This document shows positions 58,315 through 64,000 of a DNA stretch of 64,000 nucleotides, piece after piece. Source of the stretch: an uncultured Actinomycetes bacterium (GTDB lineage: Bacteria; Actinomycetota; Thermoleophilia; Miltoncostaeales; Miltoncostaeaceae). The stretch spans positions 2,078 through 66,077 of the forward strand of contig CAJAPZ010000082.1 of NCBI GenBank assembly GCA_903943955.1, read 5' to 3'. Each line of letters begins with the position of its first letter. Positions within the stretch are counted from its first letter, which is position 1. The translations under genes were made by a program, and so were the position numbers. The notes beneath the pieces were generated by a model. It searched no databases and was not told the origin of the DNA. It saw only the letters and a program-made list of their open reading frames with translations.

Positions 58315-59315
58315 GCCACCATCATCACCACACGCATGTGATGGGAGAGGAGGTGGACGCCGCCCGGATCGCACAGTTGCTTGCGCCCCCCGGACGCAAA
58401 GTGCTGGTGACGACGCACCGTAAGCCCGATGGCGATGCCGCTGGATCGATGATCGGGCTCACGCGCATTCTCCGGGAGCTCGGCCACGACGTCGTCATGT
58501 GGCATGTGGAGGGTCCGGGTCTGCCGGAAGACCTACGGTGGTTGCTCGGCCCGGATGAGGTCGTGGTTGGGGGCCCCGTGACGGACCACGAGGAGCGCCT
58601 GGTGGTGAGTGTTGATGCCGCCACCTCACACCGCATGACCGACGACGACCCGAGCGCGCTCGGGGGACCGATCATCAATATCGACCACCACCACGACAAT
58701 CCGTTGTGGGGTCACTACAACTTTGTGGACGGCGGGGCATCGAGTTCGGCCGAGATGGTGGTGCGGGTGGCCGACGCGCTGGGTGCCGAAATCACGCGTG
58801 AGGTGGCGCTGCCGCTGTACGTCGGACTGGTCACCGATACCGGCCGATTCAGCTACGGCAGCACAGGGGCTCAGGCGCACGTGGTAGCAGCCCGCCTCAT
58901 CGACGCCGGCGTAGACCCGGCCGCGGTATTCCGTCGCGTATACGAGGGCGTCCCATTCGGCGACGTACGGCTGGTCGGCCGTGCGCTGGCGGGTGCCAGA
59001 TCAGAACTCGAGGGGCGCCTGATCATCGCGGTGATCACCGACGACGACGTGACCGAGGCGGGTGGCCAGAATTCGGATGGGGTGGTGGAGGCCCTTCGCG
59101 CGGTGGCGGGTGCAGAGGTGGCTGCGGTCATCCGGCAGGCACATGGGGCGTGGCGGGTGTCGGTGCGCGCATCCGGCGATACGGTCGACGTATCGGCGAT
59201 TGCCGCCCTCGAGGGCGGGGGAGGGCACCGCGCGGCGGCCGGATTTACATCGCAGCGCGATCCCGACGCCATCATCGCGCTCATCCGCAACGCCGTCGTG
59301 GCGCAGGACAGCTGA
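58311..59315 (+). CDS. nrnA: DHH-family phosphoesterase (NrnA-like oligoribonuclease / pAp phosphatase)
   Basis: [19 protein letters not shown] and DHHA1 [11 protein letters not shown] motifs, in the position between rbfA and truB. Confidence 0.8.
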   Translation: MSHHHHHTHVMGEEVDAARIAQLLAPPGRKVLVTTHRKPDGDAAGSMIGLTRILRELGHDVVMWHVEGPGLPEDLRWLLGPDEVVVGGPVTDHEERLVVSVDAATSHRMTDDDPSALGGPIINIDHHHDNPLWGHYNFVDGGASSSAEMVVRVADALGAEITREVALPLYVGLVTDTGRFSYGSTGAQAHVVAARLIDAGVDPAAVFRRVYEGVPFGDVRLVGRALAGARSELEGRLIIAVITDDDVTEAGGQNSDGVVEALRAVAGAEVAAVIRQAHGAWRVSVRASGDTVDVSAIAALEGGGGHRAAAGFTSQRDPDAIIALIRNAVVAQDS

Positions 59316-59316
59316 G

Positions 59317-60186
59317 GTGGATGTTTCGGCAGACGCACCCCGCGCGATTCTCGTGGATAAGCCCGCGGGGCCGACGTCGCACGACGTGGTGAGCACGGTG
59401 CGGCGCGCGCTTGGACGTACGAAGGCTGGACATACGGGCACGCTCGACCCCTTCGCGACAGGCCTCCTCGTGGTACTGACTGGTCGCGCCACCCGCCTCG
59501 CGCCATTTCTCACGGGTCTCGACAAGACCTACCAGGCCACCATCCGGCTGGGAGAGCGGTCGGAGTCGGGTGATCCAGAGGGCCCCATCACGCCGGGCGG
59601 GCCAGTGCCCGACGAGGCCGCGGTGTGTGCTGCGCTTGCCGAAATGACCGGGGTGATTGAGCAGCAGGTCCCTGCCCTGTCGGCCGTGAGAGTGGACGGC
59701 GAGCGCTTGTACGCGCGCACCCGGCGCGGCGAAGAGGTCGAACGGCCCCGCCGCGAGGTGGTCGTGCACCGCGCTCATCTGATCTCCTATGACCTTGTGA
59801 ATGGACTGGCCGAGATCGAGATCCGCTGTGGGTCGGGCACCTACGTGCGACAGATCGCCGTTGACCTGGGCGAATCGCTTGGTTGCGGCGGGTACTGCTC
59901 TGCGCTCCGGCGTACTGAGGTGGGCGACCTGTCAGTGAATTCCGCGCTCGCTCCCGAGGATGTGCAGCCGGGATGCGGAATCTCGCTGCTCGAAGCCGTG
60001 GGGCACATCCCGCGGGTGGATCTGGATGAGGCCGGTCTGGCTGAAGTGGTGCACGGGCGACGGGTGCAGGCATCGGGCATGGTCGGCATGGGCACTGTGG
60101 CCCTCGCTGCAGACGACGAGCTTGTGGCCATCGGTCTGGCGGACGACGACGGCGTGGTACGGCCGAAGGTGGTGCTCATCTCATGA
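59317..60186 (+). CDS. truB: tRNA pseudouridine(55) synthase
   Basis: [15 protein letters not shown] and catalytic GHTGTLDP. The start is GTG 59317. Confidence 0.9.
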   Translation: MDVSADAPRAILVDKPAGPTSHDVVSTVRRALGRTKAGHTGTLDPFATGLLVVLTGRATRLAPFLTGLDKTYQATIRLGERSESGDPEGPITPGGPVPDEAAVCAALAEMTGVIEQQVPALSAVRVDGERLYARTRRGEEVERPRREVVVHRAHLISYDLVNGLAEIEIRCGSGTYVRQIAVDLGESLGCGGYCSALRRTEVGDLSVNSALAPEDVQPGCGISLLEAVGHIPRVDLDEAGLAEVVHGRRVQASGMVGMGTVALAADDELVAIGLADDDGVVRPKVVLIS

Positions 60187-61127
60187 GGCGATACGAATCA
60201 CTCGGTGACCTTCCTCTCAACGGTGCGCGGCGCGTGGTGGCCATCGGCACCTTCGATGGCGTGCACATCGGCCACCAGGCAATCATTGGCAGTGCGATCG
60301 AGCGCGCCAAAGAGCGTGGCCTCGAGTCGATGGTGCTCACGTTCGAGCCCAATCCGCTCACGGTGCTCCGGCCCGATCTCGCTCCCACCGTGCTGACCGA
60401 GCCCGGGTTCAAGGCGCAGCTCATTGAGGCACTGGGCGCTGACGCACTTCTCGTCGTTCCCTTCACTCGCGCGTTCTCGCGCATTCGGGCCGACCGATTT
60501 GCCGAGATGCTCTGTGCGGCGCCGCTCACTGCCGAATCGATTGTGGTGGGGGCGAACTTCCGGTTTGGCCTTGGCGGCACCGGCACCGTGTCATATCTCC
60601 AGCGGCTGGGGCGCGCGAAGGGGCTCATCGTTGAGAGCCCTGAAACTGTGGTGACCCCAGACGGGAAGCCTGTGTCGTCCACACGAGTTCGGCGCCTTGT
60701 GACCACCGGGCAGGTCGCCGAGGTCGTCGCCCTGCTCGCCCGCCCGCACTCGGTGGAGGGGATGGTGGTGCCCGGCGAGCAACGTGGGCGAGAGATGGGG
60801 ATGCCAACGGCGAACGTCGCGGTGGCGCACGACGTCGCGCTCCCCGCCCGGGGCGTGTACGCGGGCCGCGTGGTCACGGCCGAGGGCCGTTTTGCGGCCG
60901 CAATCAACCTGGGATACTCCCCGACCTTTACCGAAGGAACCAACCCGGACCTTCGCCTTGAGGCATTTCTGCTCGACTACGGAGGGGGTGAGCTCTACGG
61001 GCAGCGAGTGCGCGTGGAGTTCCTCCAACGGCTGCGGGACGAGCGCAGATTCAGCAGTGCGGACGAGCTGGTGGTGCAGGTGGAGGAGGACGTACAGCGC
61101 ACCCGCGAGGTGGCCGCCGCCGCCTGA
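60183..61127 (+). CDS. ribF: bifunctional riboflavin kinase / FMN adenylyltransferase
   Basis: IGTFDGVHIGHQ, and the kinase region GMPTANV...INLGYSPTF. Confidence 0.95.
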   Translation: MRRYESLGDLPLNGARRVVAIGTFDGVHIGHQAIIGSAIERAKERGLESMVLTFEPNPLTVLRPDLAPTVLTEPGFKAQLIEALGADALLVVPFTRAFSRIRADRFAEMLCAAPLTAESIVVGANFRFGLGGTGTVSYLQRLGRAKGLIVESPETVVTPDGKPVSSTRVRRLVTTGQVAEVVALLARPHSVEGMVVPGEQRGREMGMPTANVAVAHDVALPARGVYAGRVVTAEGRFAAAINLGYSPTFTEGTNPDLRLEAFLLDYGGGELYGQRVRVEFLQRLRDERRFSSADELVVQVEEDVQRTREVAAAA

Positions 61128-61268
61128 TACCGATGATCTCGGAGGTGGTGCTACCCTCCCGGACGTTCGCGAGATCGCGGACCCCCGCCCGCCCTACATA
61201 GGTAGCGCGAGGTGGAGGAGTTGACCCGGAGCGGCCCTGGCTGCTCCGCGGCCGGATCAGGAGCACAC

Positions 61269-61535
61269 ATGCTTGACAAGGAATCCAAGGCCGGCGTCAT
61301 GGCGCCGCACCGTCAGCACGACACGGACACGGGTTCGCCCCAGGTTCAGGTCGCGATTCTGACCGAGCGGATCAATCAGCTGACCGAGCACCTCAAAGTG
61401 CACGCGAAGGACCACCACTCACGTCGTGGCCTTCTCACCATGGTCGGTCGCCGCCGCCGCCTCCTCTCGTACCTTCAGAGGAAGGACGTGGAGGCCTACC
61501 GCGAGCTCACGACCTCGCTGGGTATCCGCAGGTAG
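61269..61535 (+). CDS. rpsO: 30S ribosomal protein S15
   Basis: [46 protein letters not shown]. Confidence 0.95.
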   Translation: MLDKESKAGVMAPHRQHDTDTGSPQVQVAILTERINQLTEHLKVHAKDHHSRRGLLTMVGRRRRLLSYLQRKDVEAYRELTTSLGIRR

Positions 61536-61547
61536 CACGCAATACCG

Positions 61548-61620
61548 GGGCGCATTCGCGCCCGTGACGGCGGGCCACCAGAGGGTGGTGCCGCAAGATG
61601 AGCCACGTCGGGTGACGTGG
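61548..61620 (+). promoter_or_regulatory. three GC-rich stem-loops in the rpsO-pnp intergenic region (terminator/processing/autoregulatory leader candidates)
   Basis: GGGCGC-AUUC-GCGCCC (61548-61563), CCACC-AGAG-GGUGG (61575-61588) and CCACGUC-GGGU-GACGUGG (61603-61620). None has a U-tract. Confidence 0.4.
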
Positions 61621-61641
61621 CATGAGGGATGAGGGACACGA

Positions 61642-63852
61642 ATGGCAGATCAGGGACCTGACGCAACGCGCGTCGTCGCCGACATCGGCGGCCAGGAGAT
61701 CATCTTCGAGACTGGACGCCTGGCGAAGCAGGCAAATGGATCGGTGCTCGTGCGCTCGGGTGACAGCCTTGTGCTGGTCACCGCAGTGGGCGCCCGGGAG
61801 CCACGGGAGGGGACGGACTTCTTCCCCCTCACCGTGGACGTCGAGGAGCGTATGTACGCCAAGGGGGCAATCCCCGGCGGCTTCATCAAGCGTGAGAGCC
61901 GCCCAAGTGAGCGCGCGATCCTCACGTGCCGCATGACCGACCGACCGCTTCGTCCGCTGTGGCCCAAGGGCTTCCGCAACGAGGTGCAGATCGTCACGAC
62001 GGTGCTCAGTATCGACAAGGTCAACGCATTCGACATCCTGTCGATGAACGGCGCATCAGCCGCGCTCATGCTCAGCGAGCTGCCGTTCCAGGGGCCCGTC
62101 GGGGCCGTGCGCATCGGCATGATCGATGACGACTTCGTCATTAACCCCACCCTGCAGGAGCTTGAGGAGTCCACGCTTGACTTGGTGGTCGCTGGTACCC
62201 GCGAGGCCATCTCGATGGTCGAGGCGGGCGCGAACGAGGTGAGCGAGGACGACCTTCTCGAGGCCCTCCAGATTGCGCACGACGAAATCAAGAAGCTCTG
62301 CGATGTGCAGGACGAGCTGCGGAAGCTCGCCGGAAAGCCGAAGTGGGACATTCAGGCGAAGACGGTGGACCCCGCGATGCTGGCGAAGGTCGAGAAGGCC
62401 GCGCTGTCGCAGATCGAGGAGGCCACCCGCGAACAGGGCAAGCTTGAGCGTCGCGACAAGATCTCAGACGCCAAGAACGCCGCCCGGGCCGCGATTCTGG
62501 GCGATGCGCCCACGTCTGAGGACAAGGCCGCATTTTCGGAAGCGTTCGACTCGATCATCAAGAGGACCATCCGTCACCGCATCGCGGTGGACAAGCACCG
62601 TCCCGACGGCCGCACGGCCGAGGAGATCCGCCCGATCTGGGTGGAGACGGGTCTTGCTCCCCGCACGCACGGATCAGGTCTCTTCACCCGAGGCGAGACG
62701 CAGGTGCTCACGCTCCTCGCCCTCGGCACAACCAAAGAGGCCCAGCGCATCGACGATCTCTCGATCGACACGACCAAGCGCTACATCCACCACTACAACT
62801 TCCCGCCGTTCAGCGTGGGTGAGACCGGCTTCATGCGCGGTCCCAAGCGCCGTGACATCGGGCACGGAGCCCTGGCTGAGCGCGCGCTCCTGCCGGTGAT
62901 CCCCACCGATGAGGCCTTTCCATACACGCTGCGGCTTGTGTCGGAGACGCTTGAGAGCAACGGCTCGTCGTCCATGGCGTCGGTCTGCGGTTCGACCCTC
63001 GCCCTGCTCGACGCCGGCGTGCACATCACACGCCCGGTGGCCGGTATCGCGATGGGACTCATCAAGGAGGGCGATGACCACATCGTGCTCACCGACATCC
63101 AGGGCGACGAGGACCACCTCGGCGACATGGACTTCAAGGTCGCGGGTACGTCCGAGGGCGTGACCGCCCTGCAGATGGACATCAAGATCAACGGTGTGAC
63201 CACCGAGATCATGACCCAGGCCCTCACGCAGGCCAAGGATGCGCGTCTCGCGATCCTCGGCATCATCAACGAGGCCATGCCCGGCCCCCGCGAGGAACTG
63301 TCGCCGTGGGCGCCGCGCATCACCGCCATCAAGATCGATCCGGACAAGATCGGAATGGTCATCGGTAAGGGTGGCGAGACCATCCGCGGCCTCGAGGCAG
63401 ACTTCGAGGTGGAGATCTCCATCGAGGACGACGGCACCGTGAGCGTGTACGGCGTGCAGGGTGAGAAGGCCGATCAGTGCGTCGAGCGCATCCGCTCGAT
63501 GACGAAGGACGTCGAGGTTGGCGACACGTACACCGGTGCGAAGGTTGTAAAGACCACCACCTTCGGCGCATTCGTCGAGCTCGCCAAGGGCGTTGACGGC
63601 CTGTTGCACATCTCAAACCTCGGCTCCGGCCGCGTGGAGAAGGTGGAGGACGTCATCAACCGGGGTGACTCGGTTGACGTGGTGGTGGAGGAAGTAGACC
63701 GCGCACGCGGTCGCATCGGCCTTCGCCTGCTGAACGGCGACTCGGCATCCGAGGCATCCGGCGAGTCCGGCGGCACCGAGAGCCCCGAGGGCGACGCCGA
63801 GCGCCGTCCGCGCCGCCGCCGCAAGGTCTCCACGGACGATCTGGCCGAGTGA
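61642..63852 (+). CDS. pnp: polyribonucleotide nucleotidyltransferase (PNPase)
   Basis: Two RNase PH domains ([21 protein letters not shown]), then KH ([11 protein letters not shown]), S1, and a basic tail. Confidence 0.97.
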   Translation: MADQGPDATRVVADIGGQEIIFETGRLAKQANGSVLVRSGDSLVLVTAVGAREPREGTDFFPLTVDVEERMYAKGAIPGGFIKRESRPSERAILTCRMTDRPLRPLWPKGFRNEVQIVTTVLSIDKVNAFDILSMNGASAALMLSELPFQGPVGAVRIGMIDDDFVINPTLQELEESTLDLVVAGTREAISMVEAGANEVSEDDLLEALQIAHDEIKKLCDVQDELRKLAGKPKWDIQAKTVDPAMLAKVEKAALSQIEEATREQGKLERRDKISDAKNAARAAILGDAPTSEDKAAFSEAFDSIIKRTIRHRIAVDKHRPDGRTAEEIRPIWVETGLAPRTHGSGLFTRGETQVLTLLALGTTKEAQRIDDLSIDTTKRYIHHYNFPPFSVGETGFMRGPKRRDIGHGALAERALLPVIPTDEAFPYTLRLVSETLESNGSSSMASVCGSTLALLDAGVHITRPVAGIAMGLIKEGDDHIVLTDIQGDEDHLGDMDFKVAGTSEGVTALQMDIKINGVTTEIMTQALTQAKDARLAILGIINEAMPGPREELSPWAPRITAIKIDPDKIGMVIGKGGETIRGLEADFEVEISIEDDGTVSVYGVQGEKADQCVERIRSMTKDVEVGDTYTGAKVVKTTTFGAFVELAKGVDGLLHISNLGSGRVEKVEDVINRGDSVDVVVEEVDRARGRIGLRLLNGDSASEASGESGGTESPEGDAERRPRRRRKVSTDDLAE

Positions 63853-64000
63853 CGACGGGGGGACGATCCCTCAACACGACCGCGGAGGGGCTCCGAGTGA
63901 TCTCGGAGCCCCTCCCGGGAGTGCGTTCCGTGGCGCTCGGCCTGTGGATTGGCGTTGGCTCACGGTTTGAGCACGCGGGCGAGGCCGGTGTGTCGCACTT
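63849..64000 (+). CDS. M16-family (insulinase/pitrilysin-like) zinc peptidase, N-terminal fragment; 3' end outside the window
   Basis: The GTG overlaps the pnp stop (GTGA). The sequence ...GLRVISEPLPGVRSVALGLWIGVGSRFEHAGEAGVSH is the region that precedes the HxxEH motif. Confidence 0.7.
   Translation, partial: MTTGGRSLNTTAEGLRVISEPLPGVRSVALGLWIGVGSRFEHAGEAGVSH

Noticed and set aside
58311-58343. MSHHHHHTH at the N-terminus of the DHH phosphoesterase, which at first glance looks like an engineered His-tag
   Set aside because: It uses mixed cac/cat codons and no vector-like flanks. Its GTG overlaps the rbfA stop in native operon context. It is most likely a natural His-rich, possibly metal-binding N-terminus, or the true start is GTG 58338 or ATG 58341 just downstream. 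I cannot distinguish these without data.

Overview
This is a visibly high-GC, gene-dense core-chromosome segment with about 60 CDS, very little non-coding DNA and many 1-4 nt stop/start overlaps. I assign it to Actinomycetota because it carries mihF and Mycobacterium-like synteny blocks: pdxS-pdxT-yebC-ruvCAB; yajC-secDF ... recJ-relA; pyrR-pyrB-pyrC-x-carAB; mihF-gmk-coaBC; and rimP-nusA-ylxR-infB-rbfA-nrnA-truB-ribF-rpsO-pnp. Class and genus cannot be determined without a database search. The RNA and regulatory elements I can support are one tRNA-Arg(CCG) without encoded CCA, one textbook SAM-I riboswitch, a PyrR-binding-type hairpin followed by a 16-codon leader ORF, one clean intrinsic terminator just upstream of rimP, and stem-loops around rpsO/pnp. 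I see no mobile element, CRISPR array, rRNA, prophage, toxin-antitoxin pair or recognisable defence or biosynthetic island. This is an ordinary housekeeping region and I do not think it hides a large novel system. The most interesting item is a SAM-I riboswitch in front of a threonine-synthase-fold enzyme and a CysO-like sulfur-carrier protein ending in GG, which looks like a MetM/MetO-type protein-thiocarboxylate route to homocysteine. The next gene downstream is an SDR whose NAD-binding glycine loop lies upstream of any canonical start codon. Smaller oddities:
- an isochorismatase-family hydrolase translationally locked between pyrC and carA;
- tandem 23-bp repeats between an RpiR-type regulator and pdxST;
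- a coupled pair of zinc-ribbon proteins, one carrying a SPOR domain;
- an 8-blade repeat secreted protein;
- C-terminal extensions on SecDF, RecJ and NusA.
Many long ORFs in the supplied track are antisense shadows typical of high-GC DNA and were not annotated, for example the 1098-aa, 692-aa, 554-aa and 467-aa minus-strand ORFs.
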